A stretch of 43,220 nucleotides of DNA from an uncultured Clostridium sp. (GCA_950059165.1 CATLUC010000001.1:10488-53707); one strand, 5' to 3'. Counted from the first letter of the stretch, positions 27,092 through 36,237 are shown. Notes: generated by a model from the letters alone, not told the origin. Made by a program: numbers and translations.

Positions 27092-27164
27092 AAGATGTGT
27101 CCCAAATTTCACAAAAATGTGAAAAAGGAAACGTCCCCAATGTCACATGGAAACGTCTCCAATT
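27092..27164 (-). repeat. roughly 57-nt repeat, copy B, plus a partial duplicate of its loop
   Basis: The core AAGATGTGTCCCAAATTTCACAAAAATGTGAAAAAGGAAACGTCCCCAATGTCACAT is followed by GGAAACGTCTCCAATT. It lies immediately 3' of the Lon-like gene. Confidence 0.85.
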
Positions 27165-27168
27165 GCTC

Positions 27169-29559
27169 CTATTTCACATTTTGAATTTTTGCATATTTTT
27201 TTAGTTTTTCGTAGACTAAATGGTTTACTGTTCCTGCTGGGAAGTGACCATCTTTGTCTTTTTTCCCTGCTGGTACTCCTGTTAGTACTTCTATTCCCTC
27301 TTCTATTGTGCTTACAGCATATATGTGGAACTGTTTGTTTTTTACTGCTTCTATTATTTCGTCTGATAGTTGTAAGTTGTTTACGTTTTGGATTGGTATC
27401 ATAACCCCTTGTGAACCGTCTAAGCCTCTTATTTTGCATATTTGGAAAAATCCTTCTATTTTTTCGTTTACTCCACCTATTGGCTGTATTTGTCCTTTTT
27501 GGTTTACTGAGCCTGTTACTGCAATTGATTGGTTTATTGGTATTCCTGATAGGCTAGATAGTAATCCATATAATTCTGTACTTGAAGCACTATCTCCATC
27601 AACTCCATTGTATAGCTGTTCAAAGCATATGCTTGCTGTTAAGCATAATGGTATATCTTGGGCAAACATTTCGCCTAAATAACCTGTTAGTATTAAAATA
27701 CCTTTTGAATGTGATGTTCCTGAGATTTCTACTTCTCTTTCTATGTTTATTACTCCGTTTTTTCCTGTATATGTGTTTGCAGTGATTTTTACAGGTTTTC
27801 CAAATGAGTAATCTCCTATTGTTAAGACTGTTAAACCATTTAATTGCCCTACTTCAAAGCCAGTTGTGTTTATTAAAAGTGATTGCTCTTTTATCATTTC
27901 TAAATATTTGCTATCATATTTTTTTACACGTTCTATTCTCTCTTCTAGTGCTTTATCTATAAATTTGCTTGTTACAACTTTTGATTTAGACATTTTTGCC
28001 CATGTTGCAGCTTCACCTACTACTTGTGTTAGGTCATCAAAACGTGTTGATACTTTTTTATGGCTTCCTGCTAATTTTGAAGCATATTCAACTAAACGTG
28101 CCATTCCTGATTTGTCAAGATGTGGCAATTCTTCATGTTCACAAAATCCATGTACAATTTGAGATAATTTGTAAAGATTTTCTTGGTTTATTAAAGCATC
28201 ATCTTCAAATTCTACTTTTATTTTAAATAATTTTTTAAAGTCTGAATCCATTGCTAATAAGGTTTGATATATATTTGCACTTCCGATTAAGATAACTTTT
28301 AAGTTTAATGGAATTGGCTCAGGTTTTAATGAAATCATTACCATTGATGAACGTTGGTCTGCTGTGTTTTCGATGCTTAGTTCTTTTACTCTTAATGCTT
28401 TTTTTAATGCTTCATAACACATACTGTTTGCTAACAAGTCTTTTGCTTGGAAAATTATGTATCCACCATTTGCTTTTTGCATAAGTCCTGGTTTTAACAT
28501 TGTATGGTCTGTTTTTAATGCTCCATAATAATTTTCGTATTCTAATGAACCAAATATATTATGGTATGAGTAATTGGAGTCCATAACAACAGGTGCACCC
28601 TCACAATTTGAATTGTCAATAAATAAATTGACACGATAGTTTAAACATGGGTCAGGCTTTTTCATATTTGGTCCTTGTGGTTGTCCATTTTGTTGGTTTG
28701 CTGTTTCGTCTTCTAAAAATGTTGGTATGTTTTTTAAAACATCTTGTTTTACGTCATTTAAAAATTGATTTATTTTTTTATTTCTCTTATATTTTGATTT
28801 TAAGAAGTTTATGTGTGCATTTACTGTAAGCAAGGCAACATTAGATTGCCATTCAGAAATTTTCTTGTCAGATTGACGTTCAATTTCTTTGATTTGGTTA
28901 ATAGCATCCATTATTTGTTCTTGTACTACTATTGATTTTTCTTCATATTCTTGTTTAATAGTTTCGTCTAATTTGTTAAATTCTTCTTCTTCAACTGCTT
29001 TTCCATCTACTACTGGCATCATGTAAATACCATTTTGTGCAGCTTTTACTTGAAAGTTGTATCTTGAGGCATTTTGGTTTAGTTTATCTAATAATGCTGA
29101 ACGTTTAACTTCATATTCTTGCTTTATTAAAGCTTTTTCTTTTTCAAAGTCATCATTATTAAAAGTTTTTTTGATGTCTTTTCTGATTTCTTTGATAAAT
29201 CCATCCATAGATTCTTTGAATTCTTTTCCTTGACCTGCTGTTAATTCTACTGCAATTGGTTCATTTGGGTTATTGAAGTTATAGATATAACACCAATCTG
29301 ATGGAACTTTTTTCTTTGTTGCTATTCTGTCTAAGTAATTTTTGGTGTACATTGTTTTCCCAACACCACTTGGTCCTTCTAAATATAGATTATATCCTTT
29401 TACATCTACTTGTAATCCAAATTCTAAGGCTTTGATGCCTCTGTCTTGACCAATTCCAGAAGAAATTGGTTCTAATTCTTCAGTTGTTTCAAACTTAAAT
29501 AAGCCCTCATCACAGGTCATTTTTAAGTCTTTGTAGTTTAATTCATTTTTGTTTTTCAT
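27169..29559 (-). CDS. Lon-family ATP-dependent protease-like protein (COG1067/LonB-LonC type with helical insertion)
   Basis: The product has a Walker A motif (LEGPSGVGKT), a long coiled-coil insert, and a C-terminal Lon protease domain (GDSASSTELYGLLS..., TGSVNQKGQIQPIGG). Confidence 0.8.
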   Translation of the reverse strand: MKNKNELNYKDLKMTCDEGLFKFETTEELEPISSGIGQDRGIKALEFGLQVDVKGYNLYLEGPSGVGKTMYTKNYLDRIATKKKVPSDWCYIYNFNNPNEPIAVELTAGQGKEFKESMDGFIKEIRKDIKKTFNNDDFEKEKALIKQEYEVKRSALLDKLNQNASRYNFQVKAAQNGIYMMPVVDGKAVEEEEFNKLDETIKQEYEEKSIVVQEQIMDAINQIKEIERQSDKKISEWQSNVALLTVNAHINFLKSKYKRNKKINQFLNDVKQDVLKNIPTFLEDETANQQNGQPQGPNMKKPDPCLNYRVNLFIDNSNCEGAPVVMDSNYSYHNIFGSLEYENYYGALKTDHTMLKPGLMQKANGGYIIFQAKDLLANSMCYEALKKALRVKELSIENTADQRSSMVMISLKPEPIPLNLKVILIGSANIYQTLLAMDSDFKKLFKIKVEFEDDALINQENLYKLSQIVHGFCEHEELPHLDKSGMARLVEYASKLAGSHKKVSTRFDDLTQVVGEAATWAKMSKSKVVTSKFIDKALEERIERVKKYDSKYLEMIKEQSLLINTTGFEVGQLNGLTVLTIGDYSFGKPVKITANTYTGKNGVINIEREVEISGTSHSKGILILTGYLGEMFAQDIPLCLTASICFEQLYNGVDGDSASSTELYGLLSSLSGIPINQSIAVTGSVNQKGQIQPIGGVNEKIEGFFQICKIRGLDGSQGVMIPIQNVNNLQLSDEIIEAVKNKQFHIYAVSTIEEGIEVLTGVPAGKKDKDGHFPAGTVNHLVYEKLKKYAKIQNVK

Positions 29560-29635
29560 TTGTTTCCTCCATTGATTTTCTAAAGTTATTTCTAATGCTA
29601 TTTTATATTAGTTATTAAAAAAAGTAAAGTAGAAT

Positions 29636-30025
29636 TTAAAAAATATTTTGCAAATTAAATGCATATTTATCTTCTATATGTTTTAGTACAAAAACTCCTT
29701 TATCTAGTTCTCCTACTGCTTGTTCATATTCTTCAGTTTCAATATAACTTTTTATTGATACTAAATCTGTTTCAACTTTTTCTAATTCATCATGTTCAAT
29801 AAAATAGGCTAGTTTGTCATGCCTTTTTTCCCACATACTATAAACTTCTTCCATTTTTCTTTTTGCTTTATCGTTTTCTACATCTTGATTTGTTATATCT
29901 TCTCTAAGCTCCATAAGTCCACTTGATAGCTCACTTACAGAGTCTTTTGTGTATTTTTGTGTTGTGCTATTTCCAAAAATAATAGCAATCACAATTACAA
30001 TACATATAATTGTTTCTTTTAACAT
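29636..30025 (-). CDS. DUF4363-family protein
   Basis: The 129-aa product has an N-terminal TM segment followed by a helical region. It has the usual position next to a DUF421 gene. Confidence 0.55.
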   Translation of the reverse strand: MLKETIICIVIVIAIIFGNSTTQKYTKDSVSELSSGLMELREDITNQDVENDKAKRKMEEVYSMWEKRHDKLAYFIEHDELEKVETDLVSIKSYIETEEYEQAVGELDKGVFVLKHIEDKYAFNLQNIF

Positions 30026-30042
30026 AACTTTTCTCCTATTTT

Positions 30043-30340
30043 AAGATGTATTTTGGAACGGGCAAAAATACATCATTATAAAAACTTTTCTACTTTGTTA
30101 GAAATATATATTATTTTTGCAATACCGCGTAAGCGACCAAACGAGCCTTTTGGCGAGTGCGATTGGAGCAACCTACTTTAGAAAAAATTGTTAGTAAATT
30201 TCACATTAACATATAATGTGTATTACAATTTTTTCTTTCTAAGGTTGCGACACACAAGGTATGAAAAAAATAATATATATTTCTAACAATTTTAATTGTA
30301 TTTATGATGTATTTTTTCCTCCGTCCCCAAAATCATCATT
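30043..30340. repeat. roughly 300-bp imperfect palindromic element P3 (MITE-like), with arms related to P1
   Basis: The outer arms are GATGTATTTTGGAACGGGCAAAAATACATCAT and ATGATGTATTTTTTCCTCCGTCCCCAAAATCATC. The nested arms are GTTAGAAATATATATTATTTTT... and AACCTACTTTAGAAAAAATTGT. The left arm carries about 33 extra GC-richer nt. Confidence 0.75.
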
Positions 30341-31004
30341 GTTTTTTTTGGCAAAAGATTTGACCTTTTCCATCTATTGTTACTACTAAGGCTTCTTCTG
30401 GCCTCATTTTAAATTTTTCCACTTGTTTTTTTAACCAAGCATAGTTTTTACCAAGTATCTTCAAATTTTTTTCCATAACTTTTCCATCTACTACTAGGTC
30501 ATATGGTATTCCTTCATATTCTGGCTGTATTTGGAAGTCCTCTGGAATTGTAGTTCTTTTTTCTGGTTTTTGTATTACTGTTACTTGTCCACTTGTTTCT
30601 AAAATTGCATATTCTACATCTCCTAGATTGACTACATTGTTGCCCCTTAGCCTTTCTTCTAGTTCATTTATTGTAAATCTTTCTTTTTTTAATGCTTTTT
30701 CATCGATTTTTCCTCTATATATTAGAATTGTAGGCTTGCCACAGATTACTTCTCTTGCTTTTAGACTTTTCATGTTTATAATTGAAATTATTAGGTGCAT
30801 TACTAATAGTCCTAATATAGGAATAATTCCATTTGATATTGGTATTCCAATTTCTGTCATTGGAATTGATGCTAAGTCTGCAATCATAATTGAAATTGCT
30901 AATTCAAATGGTTGCAATTGCCCTATCTCTCTTTTTCCCATAAGTCTCATTACAATTAATACAATAATATATAAGATTATTGCTCTAAAAAATGTAATTA
31001 ACAT
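30336..31004 (-). CDS. DUF421 (YetF-like) membrane protein
   Basis: The N-terminus reads RAIILYIIVLIVMRLMGKREIGQLQPFELAISIMIADLA, and a C-terminal soluble domain follows. Confidence 0.8.
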   Translation of the reverse strand: MLITFFRAIILYIIVLIVMRLMGKREIGQLQPFELAISIMIADLASIPMTEIGIPISNGIIPILGLLVMHLIISIINMKSLKAREVICGKPTILIYRGKIDEKALKKERFTINELEERLRGNNVVNLGDVEYAILETSGQVTVIQKPEKRTTIPEDFQIQPEYEGIPYDLVVDGKVMEKNLKILGKNYAWLKKQVEKFKMRPEEALVVTIDGKGQIFCQKKQ

Positions 31005-31234
31005 TTAAACACCTACTTTTTTTGTTCATACTTTTATATCGCTACTTTAAGCTTTGATATTTTTTAGTGATGTAGTAATTTTTTATTACACTATTTTTCA
31101 ATCAGATTTATTTTTTACAAATTTTAACTTTTTTATACGCATTTTTTTGAATAAATATTTTTTTTTTGAGAATAATAATTTTAGAACCTTTGAAATTTTT
31201 ACATTAAGAATTTTAATCTAAGGAGGTTAGACTT

Positions 31235-31609
31235 ATGCAAGAAGCTCAAGGAAATCAAGCCAAAGGTGGTGCTTCTACTGCATGGCAAATGATAGGTAGA
31301 TTTATTGCATCAGCTGTTGTATTGGCTATTACTGCATTTTTTACTCCAGGCTTTACTATTAATAGTTTTTGGACCTTAGCAATTGCTGCTGTCGTCCTAA
31401 CAGTTATGGATTATTTAATTATCAAATTTACTGGTTTACATGCTAGTCCATTTGGTAAAGGATTTGTAGGTTTCGCATTAGCAGCTATTGTTTTATATGT
31501 GACACAATTTTTTGTAGCAGGATATTCTATTTCTTGGATTGCTGCAATTATTGGTGCTCTAATTTATGGTGTAGTTGATTACTTTATTCCTGGAAATCAA
31601 TCTATGTAG
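31235..31609 (+). CDS. phage-holin-4/DUF360-like small membrane protein
   Basis: The 124-aa product has 3 to 4 TM helices and a TAAGGAGG RBS. The family call is recall-based. Confidence 0.4.
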   Translation: MQEAQGNQAKGGASTAWQMIGRFIASAVVLAITAFFTPGFTINSFWTLAIAAVVLTVMDYLIIKFTGLHASPFGKGFVGFALAAIVLYVTQFFVAGYSISWIAAIIGALIYGVVDYFIPGNQSM

Positions 31610-31656
31610 TAATTTTTTGTTTTTTAATATTTAATTATTGTTAGGTATTAAAAAAG

Positions 31657-31694
31657 CCAAACGGTGTACTTATTTGTACTTAATTTCCGTTTGG
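31657..31694. terminator. bidirectional intrinsic terminator
   Basis: Stem CCAAACGG / CCGTTTGG, with T-runs on both strands. Confidence 0.6.
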
Positions 31695-31741
31695 TTCTTT
31701 TATTTTCTTTTTTCTCTAAAGTTTAATGAAAAATATAATAA

Positions 31742-32407
31742 CTAATACTTCTGTACTATTTCATTTTTATTTTTATAAATACTTTTTTGTGGTATAACAC
31801 CTCTTACAGAAGATAATGGATAGATATTTGTATTTTTTCCAACTATTGTTCCTGGATTTAATACACTCCCACACCCTACTTCTACTTCATCTCCAAGCAT
31901 TGCTCCAATTTTTTTAATTCCTGTTTCTATTTTGTTTTGACCATTTTTAATTACTATTAGTTTTTTATCTGATTTTACGTTAGAAGTTATTGAACCTGCT
32001 CCCATGTGTGCTTTATAGCCTAAAATGGAATCTCCTACATAGTTATAATGTGGCACTTGCACTTTATTAAATAGTATTACATTTTTTAACTCTGTAGAAT
32101 TTCCAACAACTGCTCCATCTCCTATAATCGCTTTTCCACGAATGAATGCACAATGCCTCACTTGTGCATTTTCCCCGATTATTGCTGGTCCTTTAATATA
32201 TGCTGTTGGCATCACTTCTGCATTTTTTGCAATCCATATATCTTCTCCTTTTTTTTCGTATTTTTCAGTGTCTAATGTGTTTCCTATTTTTATTATATAT
32301 TCTCCTATTTTTTCTAATGCTTCCCATGGGTAAGTTACAGTTTCTAGTAATTCTTTGGCAATTGTTTCTTCTAAATTATATAAATTACAAACTTTACATT
32401 CTTCCAT
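31742..32407 (-). CDS. left-handed beta-helix (hexapeptide-repeat) transferase-like protein
   Basis: Hexapeptide periodicity is visible (IGENAQV..AFIRGKAIIGDGAVVGNSTELKNV...GDEVEVGCGSVLNPGTIVG). Confidence 0.55.
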   Translation of the reverse strand: MEECKVCNLYNLEETIAKELLETVTYPWEALEKIGEYIIKIGNTLDTEKYEKKGEDIWIAKNAEVMPTAYIKGPAIIGENAQVRHCAFIRGKAIIGDGAVVGNSTELKNVILFNKVQVPHYNYVGDSILGYKAHMGAGSITSNVKSDKKLIVIKNGQNKIETGIKKIGAMLGDEVEVGCGSVLNPGTIVGKNTNIYPLSSVRGVIPQKSIYKNKNEIVQKY

Positions 32408-32691
32408 TTTTTATTTACTCCTCCTTTAAACTTTTTTTGATTTTATCACACTTTTTAAGCTTTGACTACTTATTTAGTAAAATTTAAAAAATTATAAAAG
32501 TCATGTCATGATTTCTTAATTGAAATCAACTTGGATTTTTATTCATTTCTTTTAGCTACTATTCTTTGAAATATTGTTTTTATTTTGTTTCTACATATTT
32601 GTGATCTTTACATAAAATTGACATGTTTCTATTTTTATGCTATACTGTAAATATATTTACAGTATATTACTTAAACGGAGGTGAATTCAAT

Positions 32692-33066
32692 ATGGGTGGA
32701 TTTTTTAAAACTTTAAAAGGAATTTGGGATTTGGAAGCACATGGAACTCTATCAGACCACATACGTGCTAATCGAGATATTATGATGGGTAAAAACCCTT
32801 ATACAGGTAAAACTAATTTAGAGGAAAATGCTTCTGCTCGAATAAAACATCTTGAAAAGTATCTCAGTACAGTTTCTACTCCTAGAACAAGTGATGTAGT
32901 AAAATATGAAATGGAATTACTACGAAAGCAAATCCAAACAGCTACCCCAAATGAATTTGATACTATTTGTGAAAAATATAATAATTTAAAGCGTGAATAT
33001 GAAACTTTATTAAAACATGAAAAACGTAGACAAACACAACAAGGCAATGATGAAATAACGCATTAG
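32692..33066 (+). CDS. hypothetical protein
   Basis: ATG 32692 lies 8 nt after GGAGGTG. The upstream part of the track ORF lacks an RBS. Confidence 0.45.
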   Translation: MGGFFKTLKGIWDLEAHGTLSDHIRANRDIMMGKNPYTGKTNLEENASARIKHLEKYLSTVSTPRTSDVVKYEMELLRKQIQTATPNEFDTICEKYNNLKREYETLLKHEKRRQTQQGNDEITH

Positions 33067-33111
33067 TATTATATTAATTTATATTTTTTAACATTACACA
33101 TATCTTTAAAT

Positions 33112-33149
33112 GGGACATTTTAAAATTTTTTGAAATTTTAAAATGTCCC
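33112..33149. repeat. perfect 17-bp-arm hairpin (GGGACATTTTAAAATTT/AAATTTTAAAATGTCCC)
   Basis: The arms are exact reverse complements with loop TTTG. The hairpin contains the ATGTCCCAAA motif that also precedes repeat copies A and C. Confidence 0.8.
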
Positions 33150-33162
33150 AAATTTTTAACCT

Positions 33163-33228
33163 AAGATGTGTCCCAAATTTCACAAAAATGTGAAAAAGGA
33201 AACGTCCCCAATTGCACCTATACGACAT
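33163..33228 (-). repeat. roughly 57-nt repeat, copy C (3' part rearranged; ends in the D-type arm CGACAT)
   Basis: The sequence AAGATGTGTCCCAAATTTCACAAAAATGTGAAAAAGGAAACGTCCCCAAT is identical to copy B over 50 nt. It overlaps the last codons and the stop of the UDPGP gene. Confidence 0.85.
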
Positions 33229-34465
33229 TTTTCCAATATTTCTCATATAGTTCTTTTGCTGTTTTTGGGCTGTCTACTCCATCTTTGTTTTTTACTGGGG
33301 CAAAGTCGTCTTCTCTTTTGCCTCTTAATATTGCAATGTCATCAAAGAACTCAAATGCATCAAAGATAAATGATTCGAATTTGTATGAGTTTGGCTCTTG
33401 TGGTATTATTTCTTTTTCGTTTTCGTCTATGTATGAACTTTTCTTAAATGCACTGTGGTACATTAGGTGTTCTTTGCTAATTTTTTCTATGGCTTCTATT
33501 GTGTATAGGTTACACATGATGTGTGATTCTCCATATTTTAGTTCTCCGTTTTCGTCTATTTCTTCTGCCATTTTTTCTGGTAGTTCTGCATATTCTATTA
33601 CTTTTGGGTGCCCATTCATTTTGCAAAATGCTCCTACTCTTTCATGTGGATTTGCTTTTACTACTGATTTTGAGGCTATTTGGACTTTCTTTTGTATTGC
33701 CATTCCAAGTAATGTTACATCTGCCATTTTTAGAAGGACATTGTCTACTCCTCCAATAAATACCCATTTTATGCCTCTTTCTTTCATGTTTGCTAAACAT
33801 CCACTTCTTCTTAATGAAGAATATGTTCCACCATTTCCGTCAGATGCTTCTTTTATTTTTCTTTCTTTATTTATTAGTAGTTTTCCATTTGTGTCTACTA
33901 CTGGTAATTCGCTTTGTGTAAATATTATTACATTGTTTTTGTCATATCCAAAATAGTTGTGCTTTTCTAAAAAAGCTTGTGTTTCGTCATGGTTTTCTTT
34001 GCTTGTCATTATGTACCATGGTATTGTTACATTATATTTTTTGTTGGCTTCTTTTAAGTTTTCTGCTAATATTTCAAATAAGTATTTTCCTTTTCCATAT
34101 ACATCTAGTTTGAATGTTCCTTTGGGTCCATTGTGCCCTAGCCTACTTCCTTGCCCTCCTGCCATTGTGACTACTGCATATTCGCCTTTTCTAATTAGCT
34201 CTTCTCCTAAATTGTCAAATTCTTCTTTTTGCTGTTTTGTTAGTTTTGCTTTGTCTAAGTATGCTATGTTTTCTATTTTGTTTTGCTTGATTTCTATTTC
34301 TTTTTTTGTGTTGTCATATAGTTCCATTATTTGATGAAAGTCTATTTTTTCTATTTGCTCTATTAGGTTTTCTTTTTCTTTTCCTTCTAATTTGTTTAGT
34401 AGTTTTATTATGTGTTCTTGGTTATATGTCTTTAGTAGCTCTATTGTGTTTTGTGTTCTATCCAT
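33218..34465 (-). CDS. UDP-sugar (UDP-GlcNAc/UTP-hexose-1-P) pyrophosphorylase, UDPGP type 1 family
   Basis: The product has the motifs MAGGQGSRLGHNGPKGTF, PWYIMTS and DGNGG. Length is 415 aa. Confidence 0.8.
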   Translation of the reverse strand: MDRTQNTIELLKTYNQEHIIKLLNKLEGKEKENLIEQIEKIDFHQIMELYDNTKKEIEIKQNKIENIAYLDKAKLTKQQKEEFDNLGEELIRKGEYAVVTMAGGQGSRLGHNGPKGTFKLDVYGKGKYLFEILAENLKEANKKYNVTIPWYIMTSKENHDETQAFLEKHNYFGYDKNNVIIFTQSELPVVDTNGKLLINKERKIKEASDGNGGTYSSLRRSGCLANMKERGIKWVFIGGVDNVLLKMADVTLLGMAIQKKVQIASKSVVKANPHERVGAFCKMNGHPKVIEYAELPEKMAEEIDENGELKYGESHIMCNLYTIEAIEKISKEHLMYHSAFKKSSYIDENEKEIIPQEPNSYKFESFIFDAFEFFDDIAILRGKREDDFAPVKNKDGVDSPKTAKELYEKYWKNVV

Positions 34466-34596
34466 TTTTTATCTCATTCCTTCCCTAGGGTGCTCATAGT
34501 TTTAATGTTTTGCTTAAATTTTTACTATATTATATGCGATTTTATCATATTTGCTTTTATTTAGCAAGTTTTTTGATTTTTCTTTAAAAAAACTTG

Positions 34597-34625
34597 TCAT
34601 ATTCCAAATAAATGTCCCATATATA
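34597..34625 (+). promoter_or_regulatory. sigma-E-type sporulation promoter of spoIVA
   Basis: TCATATT (34597..34603), a 14-nt spacer, then CATATATA (34618..34625). The B. subtilis sigma-E consensus is kmATATT-N14-CATACAnT. spoIVA is sigma-E dependent in Bacillus. Confidence 0.5.
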
Positions 34626-34662
34626 TTAACTAAAGTAATTGTAACAAACAAGGAGGTATATA

Positions 34663-36141
34663 ATGGAAAATACTAGATTATATGAAGACATCGCAAAAAG
34701 AACAGATGGTGACATCTATGTGGGAGTTGTAGGACCTGTAAGAACTGGTAAATCTACATTTATAAAAAGGTTTATGGATTTGTTAGTTATCCCAAATATT
34801 GACAATGAATATAAAAAAGAAAGGGCGAAAGATGAACTTCCTCAAAGTGCTGGTGGAAAAACTATAATGACAACTGAGCCTAAGTTTATTCCTAATGAAG
34901 CAATTGAAATTACATTAGATAATAACTTAAAGTTTAAGACAAGGCTTGTTGATTGTGTTGGCTATTTAGTTGATAATGCTATTGGTTATTTAGAAGATGA
35001 TATGCCAAGAATGGTTAAAACACCTTGGTCTGAAGAGGAAATTCCTTTTGAAAAGGCTGCAGAGATTGGAACTAAAAAGGTTATTGATGAACATTCTACT
35101 ATTGGTATTTTGGTAACAACAGATGGGTCTGTTACAGATATTCCAAGGGAAGATTATATCCAAGCAGAAGAAAGAGTTGTTAATGAATTAAAAGCTTTGA
35201 ATAAACCTTTTATTATTCTTTTAAATTCTGATGACCCAAACTCTAGTTATACAAAGGAATTGGCTGATAAATTAAGCGAAAAGTATAATACTACTGTAAT
35301 GCCTATTAATTGTGAATATTTAAGTTTAGATGATATTAATAATATGTTTTCTAAAGTATTATATGAATTTCCTGCTAATCAAATTTGCATCAAATTTCCT
35401 CGTTGGATTGATGGCTTAGATTTTGAACATCCTTTAAAGGCAGAATTATTCCAAGAAATTAAAGATGCCTTCTCAGATGTTAGGGTTTTAAAAGATGTTT
35501 CACATTGTGTTCAAAAAATTAAGCAAACACAAATCATTTCAAGAACTTCTATTGCTGATATTAGACTAGGTGATGGAAGTGTAAATATTGAAATTACATT
35601 AAAAGAAGAATTGTTTTACCAAGTGCTTTCTGAGATTACAAATGTTGAGGTTTCTAATGAAGGTGATTTATTTAGCATTATTTCTAATTTGTCTAAAACA
35701 AAGAAGAAGTTTGACCGAATTGCTTATGCACTAGAGGAAGTAGATGCTAAGGGTTATGGAATTGTAACTCCTAGTATTGAAGATTTAGAGTTAGAAGAAC
35801 CTGAAATGATTAAGCAAGGTTCTAGGTTTGGTGTTAAATTAAAGGCAAAAGCTCCATCAATTCACCTAATTAAAACTTGTGTAGAAACTGAAGTATCTCC
35901 AATTGTTGGGTCTGAAAAACAGTCAGAAGAATTAGTAAATTACTTGCTTTCTGAATTTGAAAGTAATCCAAAGGAAATTTGGAAGTCTAATATTTTTGGA
36001 AAAAGTTTGCATGAGTTGGTAAATGAAGGCTTACAAACTAAACTTTCTAAAATGCCAGAAGATGCTCAAATGAAACTACAAGAAACACTAGAACGTATTG
36101 TAAATGAGGGTAGTGGTGGTTTGATTTGCATTATTTTATAA
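34663..36141 (+). CDS. spoIVA: stage IV sporulation protein A
   Basis: The 492-aa product reads IYVGVVGPVRTGKSTFIKRFM...; the Walker A motif and overall SpoIVA layout are present. A CAAGGAGG RBS lies upstream. Confidence 0.95.
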   Translation: MENTRLYEDIAKRTDGDIYVGVVGPVRTGKSTFIKRFMDLLVIPNIDNEYKKERAKDELPQSAGGKTIMTTEPKFIPNEAIEITLDNNLKFKTRLVDCVGYLVDNAIGYLEDDMPRMVKTPWSEEEIPFEKAAEIGTKKVIDEHSTIGILVTTDGSVTDIPREDYIQAEERVVNELKALNKPFIILLNSDDPNSSYTKELADKLSEKYNTTVMPINCEYLSLDDINNMFSKVLYEFPANQICIKFPRWIDGLDFEHPLKAELFQEIKDAFSDVRVLKDVSHCVQKIKQTQIISRTSIADIRLGDGSVNIEITLKEELFYQVLSEITNVEVSNEGDLFSIISNLSKTKKKFDRIAYALEEVDAKGYGIVTPSIEDLELEEPEMIKQGSRFGVKLKAKAPSIHLIKTCVETEVSPIVGSEKQSEELVNYLLSEFESNPKEIWKSNIFGKSLHELVNEGLQTKLSKMPEDAQMKLQETLERIVNEGSGGLICIIL

Positions 36142-36173
36142 TGTCGTTTCTAAGGCCGTTTCTTTTGCGACAT
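36141..36173 (+). repeat. conserved-loop hairpin module, copy E (ATGTCG-loop-CGACAT)
   Basis: It starts within the spoIVA stop codon. The loop TTTCTAAGGCCGTTTCTTTTG is a diverged version of the TTGGGGACGTTTC loop. Confidence 0.6.
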
Positions 36174-36187
36174 TTTTATGTCAAATA

Positions 36188-36227
36188 GGGTCTAACATAT
36201 ATTTTATGTTTAGACCCTGTTTCTTTT
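36188..36227. terminator. intrinsic terminator after spoIVA
   Basis: Stem GGGTCTAACAT / ATGTTTAGACCC followed by TGTTTCTTTT. Confidence 0.65.
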
Positions 36228-36237
36228 AAAAATATTT

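Noticed and set aside
33168-33956. The 262-aa plus-strand ORF, and other long antisense ORFs (for example 7256..7881, 16447..17019, 21153..21680, 27147..27682, 33957..34334).
   Set aside because: They lie antisense to, or overlap, well-supported genes and encode low-complexity L/F/S-rich sequence typical of shadow frames in AT-rich DNA. They also lack RBSs.
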